Part shown: positions 30,696 to 41,461 of the stretch, one piece after another
How positions within the stretch are numbered: the first letter of the stretch is position 1
How the letters are laid out: each line of letters opens with the position of its first letter
Source: Diplonema japonicum
Lineage: Eukaryota > Protista > Euglenozoa: Diplonemea
DNA length: 64,000 bases
Assembly: GCA_964019335.1 (NCBI GenBank)
Contig: OZ025723.1
Location: 372,001-436,000 of the forward strand
Reading direction: 5' to 3'
Position numbers and translations under genes: made by a program
Notes under the pieces: generated by a model
Databases searched by the model: none
Told to the model about the DNA's origin: nothing
The model's input: the letters and a program-made list of their open reading frames with translations, nothing else

Positions 30696-33600
30696 ATGTC
30701 ACTGCTCGCATCAGGGATGCAGAGTAGGTGGGGCAGGCTGTTGGAAAAGAAGAAATGTAAGCAGCCATTGGAAGGAGCACCCGATAGAAAGGAAAAGAAG
30801 GCGGTAGTAACGAAGATCGTGGCGTTGTCGTCGTCTGCAAGCAACGCTGTGTGTCCTGAGTGCAAAGAGGGCGCTCGGCGTTTGGCGGTGGACACACAAG
30901 AGGAGTTCAAGATGCATGTCTTCAAGTGCAGGCTCAAACACGGAACTGACCCGCGTCTCCCAGTCGTTTCTCTCGTACCACGCCCTCCCGTGATCGAAAA
31001 GGTACAATGGAACAGCAGTTCAAGCAGAACCCCAACACCAGTCAAGGTCCCAGTTCCTCCTGCTGCTCTGCGTCCTGTGTGCTGCCCTCCCATTTCGATT
31101 ATGATGAAGCCCAAAGGACAGCAAAGAGACATCACCCCATCCGAGATATGCACTAGGGCAAACATACTAGCCATGAAGCGGCTTATTAAGGCACACAAAG
31201 GCCCTTCAAACCTTGTTAGCATTCTGAAAGCAGCACAGCAGGAGACAGAGCTAGATTTGAGCGACATCGAGATCACGCCTGACGATGCAACAGCATTGGC
31301 GGTGCTTCTCGCAGACCACCCTTCTGCTACTGTGGTGGATCTCGGCACCCTCAAGCCGGAGACGAAGCGGTTCATCGCACCCTTGCTGCTGGATGTGCTG
31401 CAAAAGAACAAGAACGTGGTGCACATCAACCACACCTCCTCGTTCGACGACAGAAGCAACGCTGTGATTGAGGACCGCCTCGAGAAGTCGATCAACGCCA
31501 AGTCGCTGAGCATGCAACACGACGAGGTCAACAGGCTCACGCAGCAGTACGAAGTGTGGGCTAGCATCAGGGAGTCCCACCAGCAGCAATTCTCAGAGTC
31601 AGAGGAGATCATCAGAAAGGAAATCATGCATCTGCACAGCACAGAGCGTGCGAAGCTCAGGAATGTGTTCAAAACGAATCTCGCTATGCTAGTTAAGAGG
31701 AGGCATCGCGTTGAGGGGCTGCTCCTGAGGCAAGTGCAGAGGAACGATTTAATGCTGGATGAAGAGCACAGAAGGCGGGAGATACACGTGATCGAGATGG
31801 GCGGCTTGCTCTGGCTCGTCATCAATCACGAGGTGCTCTCGAGGGCGTACTTATTAGAGGTGCAGATCTACTACAGGAGGCAGCTGAAGATAGCAGAGGA
31901 GAAAGGTTTCAAAGCAAGCAAAGTGAAGGAAAAAACAAGGTTCGAGAGGGAGAGGCAGACGCGAGCGAGAATGGAAGAGCAGGAGAGTTGCAGCCGAGAG
32001 AGTGCGGACGACTGTCAGTGGTTCGAGAGATGCAAGCTGTACAGCCACTCCGAAGCGGGAAGGTCACACATCTTGTACAAAGAGTCGCAGGCGCAGATGA
32101 GGTCCGAAATGATGACACTGTGCGTGTCTATGCGTTGTGGTATCGAGAAGGAGGAGGAAGCTTCTCGGCAGTGGATTTACGAGCGCAAGCAGAACTACTT
32201 GATTCTCAAAGAGCAGGAGCGAACCCGTGCCCGTGAGCTCGTGGCGATTGAAGAAGTGTCTGCCAGGGTTGATATCGGGGGTGACTTCGTGAAGCTGATG
32301 AACATCTTAGGCGAAGAGATGAAGTACTCGCTCGAGTGGCTCGACGAATGCGTCACGCTTCAGAACATCGAGATGGAGAAGGACAGGCTCCTCAACCATA
32401 TGCCCGAAATCGTCATGTCTTCCTGTCTGGAGTTCAACACAAAGCCTTTCATCTATTTTGTACACTCATACAGCGGGATGGAACCCCCTGTCTTCATCAC
32501 TACCTCGGCAAAGCTCAGCATCTCTCTGTCCCCCACGTGGGAGGACAATTACATGGAAATCATTGCTTCTAGGAACAAACAGATCAAGGTGGAGCGCAAC
32601 TCAAACAACATACTGCTGAAAACAAGGGCAAAGAACTCAAAGGTGTTGAAGGGCATCTTCATGGAAGGCGACGAAAAGGTTGCTGTGGAACCGCCCATGG
32701 GTTTAGTGAAGGGAACGAACAAAAAGAAAGCTATGAAGACACTGCAGGCAGCAGTGAAGATAGGAATGCGGTTGTCGGAGAGTCTGCCTGCGTGTGAGAT
32801 TGCTGAAGAGAAGACAAAAATCAAAGGAGGCAGCCTTACGTTGCGCCTGCAGCCGTCGGATACAGACCCGCCTTGGTTAGAAGATACTGTGATGCTGTCG
32901 TGCATTACGAGCTGGGATATGGAGGTGGACGGGGTCTCCCACGAAGGACGCGATGAGGTGAAGCTGCCGGCATCATGTTGGGACACCAGCTACGACGATG
33001 AAAGGCTGCAGGAAATCCCTTCTGGTAAGGTGCTGAAGATCTACGTGCCAAACGGCACGGAAGCCACAACAGCAATGCTGACAAATATCATGCGTAGTTG
33101 CCGATTCCAGACACCAGGGCATGGCATCACAGGGCCCGTTGTTATAAGGATCCTGTTGGAGTCAAACCTGGTGTTCTCAAACTGCGATGGAGGCACCGTG
33201 GAGAGCTCAGCGGAGCTGTTGTGCGATGTTGTGCTTGCAGCGCCCTTCATCTCGTACAGCCATGCTGATTACGAAACCGTGCAGTATTTAGAAGGCATGA
33301 AATCCGACGAGCTTCAGCTTGTCCCTGAGTCCTTTATCCTGACCGACCCGCCCACTATCACAAAAAAGAAAGGTCAGGACAATTTCACTGTGATGAGCGG
33401 CGGCCTCCAAGGCGGCGGCCTCTCGCTCACAAACTTTCACGATTCGTACCTCATCTTCGAGATCACGAAGGACTACACCCCAGACGACGTCATCGCCTTC
33501 AGAAACACTGCAAAGCTCTTCGTCGAAGACGACACGATTCACTTCAAAGACAAAGATGGCGACAATACCATTGGAAGGGTCACAAAGGGTGTCTTACTTC

Positions 33601-36348
33601 CCTGTTCAGAAGTTGTTGAAGGGGTGTCCTGCCAACCGAAATGCGTGTTGCATCTGTTCCATGAATCGAACCCTGGTCTCCTTGCTGCTGAACATGTAAG
33701 ACAGCTTATCAGAGCTTTTAGGTTCACTAATACATCACTTGCACCAGTTGAAGGTGTGCGGCAGGTGATACTAACAGTGGTGGACATCAACAGGTTCAGC
33801 AGCCAGATACAAATAGACGTTGAGGTCACCGGCGAGGACAACCCGACTGAGATGCACATCCCTAACCTTAAACTCATTGTAAGACCTTCGCAGGTCCCCG
33901 CCTCGCTGAAGCAACACGTCACCCCCAGCATCTACCCGCTGGCAGAGGGCGCCATCGTGCAGGACGTCGACACTGACAGGTTCACCGGCGGGTCGCTCTT
34001 TGTTCAGCTTTTCAACACAACAAAAAGCGAGGGCATATCTTTATGTACCTCGGAGCATCTGCTGGCTAGCATCATCCACCAGCACAACTTGAAAAGCGAA
34101 GCAGAGACGGAAGGGGAGGCGACCTTGATCGGAAGGGGACGCACCATTTCGATGACGTCCTTGAAGAGTGCGGTTGCAAGTTCTGTAGCTGGGGGAACTG
34201 CAGAAGTTGCGGTGGAGGGGAAAACGGTTTTCTACAAAGGAAGAGAGGTGGGTGTTATCGAGAAAGGGGAGGTGACGGCAGAGGGGCATCTCGACCACGT
34301 TGACGGCGTCACGGAGCTGCTGATCAGGTTCAACAACAATGGGCTAATGTCCATCAGTGGATGTCAGGCATTACTGCGGCGTGTCGCACTGTCGACCTAC
34401 GGAGCAAAGCAGGGGCTGCGAAACATTGAAGTGACACTAACCATAGGGCCTACTGTAAACGGAGAACCTGAGACTGACTGTGAAGTGGTGATCCCCGAGT
34501 TCGACGAAGAGAAAAGCTGTGTGCTGACCGAGAAGATCACTGTGCGGCACACATTGCCTATGCTTACCATCCCTGAGAAGTACACACTTGCCGAGTATCG
34601 AGAAGGTACAGGCCCCCAGCGTCTGGCGCCCTTTGACCTCATCCACGACAAGCCTGGCTTCATCGAGAATTACACAAATGGTTTCATTGCTGTAGAGATC
34701 ATAGAGGGAGGGTGTGCAGATGACTCCCTGGCTCTGCGGGAGGACGAGACCATCAAGTTGGTGGAGTCGAAGAAGCGTGCGTACACGAGATTCAAAGAAA
34801 TCCGAAAGGATAAAATCAAAGAAAAGGAGCAGAACGCAGAAGAACAGGAGTCGCTTCCCCAGGTGACACCGCCTCCGAAGGTGATTGAGAGATGTTTTTC
34901 GGATGAGAAGTTGTCGATATTGCAGTCGACTCGGATGTCAGAGCTGAAGGATAGGATGCGCGACCACGTGAAAGAAGAGGCAAAAGAGAGACGAGAAAGA
35001 CGGGAAAGCTTAATCCAAGCAGCGCAGGCGGAAATGAAGAACCTAGTGAAGGACCTGTCGAAGGCAAAGGACAAGGACATGCTGGCAGATGTGATGTTTA
35101 GCGACAAGCAGGTGGGCGTGCTGAGGAAGGCGCCCAACGGGTTATTCATCACATTCAAAGGGGAAGGTACAGCACGGCGGCATGCACTGGCCGTGTTGAA
35201 GAACCTCACTTATGCGAACACTTCATCGGACCCGACGTCGCTGAAAAAACTGATGAGAGTCACCATCTCCGACAGCCCTCCCTCGTACAGTCAGTGCGTG
35301 TACGAGCTACAGGTGATACCGGTATGTGCCATTCAACGCGAAACATCACACGCTGCAGGTGGACGACGTGACTGAAATCACGTTGCGCACAACTAAGCTA
35401 AAGTACACATCACAGGGAAGCAGCTCAGTTCCATGCTACTTATGCCCCTATGGAACAGCTTGTCTTACGGATGCGGACACAGAGTATTTTGACGGGGGAC
35501 ATCTGACGCTCCAACTGTCTACCGGCGGCACAAAAGGAGACCAGCTTGGCTTCGTTCCTTTGAAGCTCACAGATCAGCTACGAAAAATCACACCCTCCAC
35601 GACTTGTACAGGTGAAGTGTTTGATCTGAAGGTCACTGAGGACAGGAAGGTGCTGGCAACTGTCGGGGACACCGAGTTGCACGTCGCCACACTGAGCTTC
35701 GAATCTGACAAGAACATATTGAAGATACTCTTTGTGAAGCTTGACGAAGAGTGCGTGTCACTTGCAATGGCATCCTTCATGCTGAACTGCGTTACCTTCA
35801 GCAACATGCAGGACACCAGGAAGACCTCTACACGGACGTATCAGGTGAAGATAGCAGACGGTGGCAATCCTGTGGAAGGAAAAGCGAAGATGACCGTTGA
35901 GGTGGCTCCTCCGCTGTGCTGCTTCCTGCCTTTTTCGTATCTAATGGAGGCGAAGTACGAGGCTGAGATGTGCTTCAATGAACTGGCAAAGACAAAACTT
36001 ACCATTGTCGCTGACAAGCTCGACAAACCGTACATAACTGGGACAGCCTTGGTTGAGGTGGACCTTGGGGAGGAACACGAGCCGATGCTGACGATACCCT
36101 CACAGTACAGTGTGAAGGAGGGAGGGCTGTATAAGGACCAGATGTATTATAGCAAGCTGGTTGCAACACCCTCTGCAATTAAGATGACTTTCACGTGGGC
36201 CTCGAAGGTCACAGCAAAGACACTGCAGCAGTTGCTACGTTCGATAACCTTTTCCTGCACACCTCAAGAGGTGAAGACAGCACACATTACCACAACCATC
36301 ACATCGGAAACGGCCAGCACTTCCTGCACTGCAGTCGTCAAGTTCTGA
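30696..36348 (+). CDS. 1871-aa multidomain protein: LRR-like segment, coiled coil, ~6 bacterial adhesin-like Ig/cadherin-type repeats; 2 exons
   Basis: Intron 35322-35358 (GTATGT...TGCAG) joins the two ORF-track ORFs in frame (..LQVIP|VDDVTEI..), matching the earlier repeat junction VEVTGEDNPTEM. Confidence 0.85.
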
Positions 36349-36490
36349 GTTCTGTTCACCTCAATTTCCTTTCTTTTTTTCCAAAAAGAAAAAAAAAAAA
36401 AAAGAGGATCCTACTTCGGTCCTTTCTGATCTGTACCAAGTTATCGCGCTTACACTGCTTTGTCATCACTGCTCACCTCAGCATAAGAAA

Positions 36491-37589
36491 ATGGGTAAGA
36501 AAGGAGGAGTCCTGCTCGACAATGGGAAGACGGCGAAGCATTTGTATGTCCGCAATAAATATAAGGCCATACCATTATGAACACACAGGAGCCCCTTAGA
36601 AGCTCAGAAACAGGCTTTGAAGAAAAAGAGAGTACAGCAGAATGAAGAAATCAGGAGGAAGAAGAAGTTCATCGAGGCGATCAAGAATGACCCGGAGAGC
36701 ATAAGACGAAAAGTAGCCTCGCTTGAAAAACAGGCAAAATCAGGGACGCTTTCGTTTCGGCAGAGGTGTGTTCTTGTTAACAAAACAAACAACAAGCAGG
36801 AATGAGAAGAATGAGATGAAGGAACTGCTCGCGGAGTACGAGCCGAAGTTCAAAAAGGAAGCTGCCCTTCAGGCAAAGGGGTCCATGCTGGTATCAATGC
36901 AGAGCGCTTTTAAGCATGAGATGGCTGTTGAGGGTGGGGCACCCGACGGTGTCACAATGCAAGGCGTGCTAGTGAACGATGAGGTCCTTGCACCTGTTGC
37001 GGCACCGCCTTCAGCGCCTGTTGCTGAAAACCCAACCACCGAGTACCTGCCTCAGGTAGGGGGCACGCCCTTCCCTGTTGAGTCTGTGGTGGAAGGCGAT
37101 ATTGTGTCAGCTGCCTCTAACGTGGATATGTCCCTCCTCCAGAAGAAGAAGGCCGAGGAAGCAGAGGAGTCTGAAATGAAGTGGAACCCCAACCTCATGG
37201 CATCCCTTGTCCCCAGCTCCGTCCTCAGGAGGAAGACTACCACTGCGGTGCAGTCGAAGATCCGTGCGCAGCAGTCCGCCTCGCTTTCCTCGACCATGGC
37301 GCCCGTCGAACCTGCCAAACCTGCACAGCCCGCACCACAACCGAAACCAAAACAAACCAACAACTTCCGCACTGTGAACCTCGTCCCTGACTATGACGAT
37401 GAGGACGACGACGACGACGACCTCAGCCTAGACGAGCCCACCTACACACCCGCGGCGGCATCGTCTTCTATGTTTTTCAACTCGAGCGGTGCCCTGAGCA
37501 CAGCTACCGCAGCCTCATCAAAGCCTGAGCCCCAGGCGCCGGCTGCAGACCTTGACGAGGAATACAAGAAGTTCCTGGCAGGAATGTAG
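36491..37589 (+). CDS. WBP11: WW-domain-binding protein 11 homolog (splicing factor), 3 exons, 339 aa
   Basis: Exons 36491-36543, 36589-36765, 36800-37589. N-terminal HLSPLEAQKQALKKKRVQQNEEIR..KNDPESI, SLVPSSVLRRK and terminal DEEYKKFLAGM match WBP11 hallmarks. Confidence 0.78.
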
Positions 37590-37631
37590 TTAATAGTTCA
37601 GATTGTAGCCACCCTAAGACCCACCCAAAGG

Positions 37632-38117
37632 ATGGGGGTTTCAAGATGGTTGGCCGGAGCGGTGGGATGTGGAGGGGCCGCTGCTGCTTATGACTACACC
37701 ACGCAGCACAAGATGCGAAAGCTGCACAGGCAGTGGGATCCGTACCTGGCGTGGGTAAGGTATGGGAACATGGTACGGAAGCCCTGTGCCCGCAGCATGG
37801 GTGTGGACGAGCTTTCGAAGCACGACGGAAGGGATGGAGTGGTGTACTTCGCTGCGGGCGGGTGGGTGTATGATGTGTCATGCAGCGAGGCCTTCAAGAA
37901 GGTGTACCCCGGATGGGCAGGGCAAGACGCATCAATGTCGCTGTGCAGGCTGTCGATGAAAAAGCTCGACACCCGAACGGAGATGCTGGAGTGGGGGCGG
38001 CTGACGGCAACGGACAAGAAGGTGCTGACAGACTGGGTGGCGTACTTCGATCAGAAGTACCAGTGCGTGGGCACCTTGCGAGAATGGAACGACGCGACAC
38101 AACAAAAAAAAGCCTAA
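37632..38117 (+). CDS. cytochrome b5-like heme/steroid-binding protein (MAPR family)
   Basis: DELSKHDG..VYFAAGGWVYDVS..YPGWAGQDASMSL..LTDWVAYFDQKYQCVGTL. Confidence 0.88.
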   Translation: MGVSRWLAGAVGCGGAAAAYDYTTQHKMRKLHRQWDPYLAWVRYGNMVRKPCARSMGVDELSKHDGRDGVVYFAAGGWVYDVSCSEAFKKVYPGWAGQDASMSLCRLSMKKLDTRTEMLEWGRLTATDKKVLTDWVAYFDQKYQCVGTLREWNDATQQKKA

Positions 38118-38172
38118 CAAAAAGATATCTTTTTACCACCCCCTGTTCCCCATAAACACCCTACAGGTTGGG

Positions 38173-38640
38173 ATGCGGGTGCTATGGTGTCTGCTGCTGA
38201 CGCAAGTAGGACATGCTCTGGGCGAAACGTGCATCAATGAGAACACGACCATAGTAGTACAGGAAGGGTGTGTGCACGGATGTTGCACAGGAGGGAAGTG
38301 TGGGACATATGCAGAATGCAACCTGCCGTATCTCTTCGCAGGGCTGGCGGCGGTGTTGGGGGTGTGCTGCTGTATCGCTGTAGCTTGCTTGTGCAACAGC
38401 AAGAGAAAGCCTGAAGATGAGATGCCAAGCCCGCAGGTGGGCTACGCATGCAGCCCTCGCTCATCCGTCGTTTTCAAGCCCCCGCAGCGTCAGATGCAAT
38501 CCATCACCCCCCCTCCCCCTCCCACTCTGCAACCTGTCCAGAGCGCAGACGTGCGTGACGTCCAGAGCGCAGCAGACGTGCACGTGGCTGTCGAGATCAG
38601 TGATGCCGACGAGCCGCTCCCACCTCATGCTCAAGATTAA
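38173..38640 (+). CDS. small type I membrane protein (Cys-rich ectodomain, Cys-rich TM, Pro-rich tail)
   Basis: Signal peptide, CxxGCCxGGxC ectodomain, hydrophobic YLFAGLAAVLGVCCCIAVACLC followed by KRK. Confidence 0.75.
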   Translation: MRVLWCLLLTQVGHALGETCINENTTIVVQEGCVHGCCTGGKCGTYAECNLPYLFAGLAAVLGVCCCIAVACLCNSKRKPEDEMPSPQVGYACSPRSSVVFKPPQRQMQSITPPPPPTLQPVQSADVRDVQSAADVHVAVEISDADEPLPPHAQD

Positions 38641-38822
38641 GAATGATTTTATCTTTGTTACTCTCTTCTCTCTGTACTATCCCTCCCCTCCCCTAGATGT
38701 ATCATAAGGTGGGCCTGACATGGGCTCTCCCTCTTCGGAAAAATAGTGAGGCGGAACTTTTTTTTTCTCCTTTGCACGGGCGAAAATATTCCCGCTTTTT
38801 TTTTTTAATTTTTTTAAAAATA

Positions 38823-38860
38823 GGGTTTCGTTATTGCACGAGAGTGTGATAATAAAGCCC
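38823..38860 (+). other. 17-bp stem with GAGA (GNRA) tetraloop
   Basis: GGGTTTCGTTATTGCAC-GAGA-GTGTGATAATAAAGCCC: 12 Watson-Crick pairs, 4 G-U pairs, 1 mismatch. Confidence 0.6.
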
Positions 38861-40589
38861 CATACGACACGAAGAATTTAAAAAAAAAAAAAAAAAGGGA
38901 AATGCAAAAAAGAGCATTCGTGTTCTCGAAATCGAACTTGGTCGTCCGAAATGCCTATCAGCCATTTTTGTCGCAGATTAAATAGCAATTCAAAATGACG
39001 ATGAAAAGGGTACAACACAAACGAATTTTTCCTTACCACCAAGATGAGCCCATGATTCAAACTGCGAGTTTCCGATTTTTTTGTAACGAGAGTTAAAAAC
39101 TGCGGCTCACTTGTCGGTAAAGAAATGTCTATATTTTTTCTTTCTTTTCCTTTTTTTTTTTTTTTTTTGAACGTCATGTGAAACACAAAAATTGTATTTA
39201 CTTGCATTTACTTATTTGCACACCTTTTTTGTTTTGAAACAAAGGGGGGTGGGGGCACACAGACTAAATGAACAGAGATCTTGAAACTCAGATAGAAATG
39301 TGCACTCCGATCTTTGCTGGGTTATTAATGGGGCGTTTAAAGATAGAATATTCTTCCCCCCTCTTTCACTTACCTTAATTTCCCTCCCCGCCCCGTTTTT
39401 TTCCATGATCAATGGCTTGTCAAAAAAAGCGAGAAAAAAAAGAAGAAAAAAAAAAAACAATACAAAAAAAAAAACAACCATCCCTAACTCAGCTGGGTGC
39501 CTTTATGTGTCTGTCGTGTTGTGTTTATTGGCCTGAAAAAAAAGAGGGTGGTGTGTGTAGACGCATTGTGCTCACACACACACCCGATGGCAAAAAAAGA
39601 ATTTGACTTGTTATGTCAAAAAAAAGGCAATATTCTCTTCACTAATACCCCTTATCATTTTTTTTTTTTGGTGGGCCGTAGCTAACATTTTGCCCTTCCC
39701 CCCCCCCCCCCCCCCATCATAGTGAATTGTATTTTTTTTCTCCCTTCTCTCTTCTCTTCAACCCTCTAAGCCTAGTAGATCGTACCAAAAAAAAAAAGAA
39801 AAAAAACACACAACGCCCCCCTCCCCCCCTTCGTGCCATTACTGTTGTTTTTTTTTGATGATAAAAAACTTATAAAGAAAGAAGAAGCCCAACTTATTTA
39901 TTTTTTCTTGGGGTGGGACACGCACGTGTGTGTATTTTGTGTATCTTTTTTCGGGCAATTACTTAAGCGAGATGTTGACACGGTGGGGGACCCTTCGCCT
40001 ATCCTGAATGAGTCTTCTTTCTTTTTTTCTTCTTTTTTTCTTCCCGCTTTTTTCCCCCCTTCTTGGTTGCTCCATTTAAGTAAAGAGCTCCACGGCATAT
40101 TAGGTCTCCTTGATATAAGGTTATTTCCACTTCTTTTCACTTTTCACCCATTTTCCCTGTTACCGCCTTGTGCTTAACACGGGCCTGCGAGCATGTTGCA
40201 AGTCAAAAATTCTTCTCTTTTCCCCCGCGTGAACCCCCAAACGCTTTTTTTTTTTTTTTTTTTTTTTACTTCGTGAGCAAAAGCTCTTTTACAATTTTCT
40301 TTTCCCCCCCTCTCCTTTTCTTGGTTCCTTTCTCAGGGGTTTTTTTTTTTTTGCGTCGAGTTAGTTGCTATTCTGTTGCATGACTGGACACCGTGAACAG
40401 ACCGATCATGTATGTGGTGTGCAATGTTCTTTCCCGTCACACGTTCTGTTCGTGACTTCCTGTTCACAACATCCTCCTCGGCCGTCCTAGCCAAGCGTGT
40501 TGAGGAGGGATAAGTCGATTAAGAACATAACAAAAACACAATCAGGACAAACAACCAAAGAAGAAGAAAAAGAAAAGAAACCGAACACC

Positions 40590-41357
40590 ATGCCTGGTAG
40601 GAAAGGGAATGCCTTGGGGCTGCTGCAGGGTGCACTGGTGGGGCACCACTCCGATTGGCAGTCTAAGCAGGAAGAGAAGATGCGGACCTTTGTCGACGGT
40701 GTGCTCATGAAAGGGCTGTTGGACCTGCACCACCCCATGATGTGGGGGCAGGCATCTGTGAAGTTCCTGACGACAGACGACAGGCAGCCGAAGTGGATGA
40801 CGGAGGACGAGGCCATAGAGTCTCTGTATGCTACAGCAGAGAAGATCCTCGAGGCAAGGGGTGTAGACAGCTACTATCTTGACCATGGAAAGCGTGACTT
40901 TGCAGGAGGCAAGTCCTTTGTGTTCTTCAGGCTGTGCAACGACGCGCAGACTTCACTGAAGAACTGGCGTGCCGAAATGAAGGTCAAGACACGAGAGTAC
41001 ATCAACGACGCAGTGCAGTGCATGGTGGACTCTGCTGCCAACGGTGATGCTGACGTATGGGCAAAGCTCCCCTCCGGCAGGTTCTCGAACTATCTCATCA
41101 AAGACGAGGTGATGCCTGTCGGGCACACCCGCGAACACTGCATCGGTGACATCAAAGCCATCATCTGTCACGTGCTCCACGAGGAGCACGACCTCTACGG
41201 CGTTGAGGTCCTCGAGCAAGGCACACAAATGAGCGGAACTTGGTTCAAGCTCACCTACCACATTCCCCGCCCCGCAATTCCGACCTCCACATCTCTTCCC
41301 AGGGCCTCACGGTCTTCTCATACCCCCGTTCGTTCTTCACCTGGTCCTAGGAGGTGA
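40590..41357 (+). CDS. hypothetical protein (255 aa)
   Basis: Coding-like ORF from ATG 40590. Possible internal duplication (two helix + hydrophobic-strand units). Confidence 0.75.
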   Translation: MPGRKGNALGLLQGALVGHHSDWQSKQEEKMRTFVDGVLMKGLLDLHHPMMWGQASVKFLTTDDRQPKWMTEDEAIESLYATAEKILEARGVDSYYLDHGKRDFAGGKSFVFFRLCNDAQTSLKNWRAEMKVKTREYINDAVQCMVDSAANGDADVWAKLPSGRFSNYLIKDEVMPVGHTREHCIGDIKAIICHVLHEEHDLYGVEVLEQGTQMSGTWFKLTYHIPRPAIPTSTSLPRASRSSHTPVRSSPGPRR

Positions 41358-41461
41358 GTGTGACACAGTTTTGTTTTTGTAGTATTGTACTTGTTTTCTT
41401 TTTTTTCCTCCCCCTCCTGGTTCTTATTTCAATCATACCCCAGAGACGAACGGAAGGCAAG

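Noticed and set aside
28312-31825. Long minus-strand ORFs (365, 253 and 407 aa) and similar shadows elsewhere
   Set aside because: They are S/F/C-rich antisense shadows of E/K-rich + strand genes, with no motifs.
41353-41443. GTGAGT donor and pyrimidine tract + CAG that might fuse the 40590 gene to the ARM gene
   Set aside because: Phase mismatch: splicing gives RDERKARW*, not a fusion. The AG is more simply the acceptor for the next gene.
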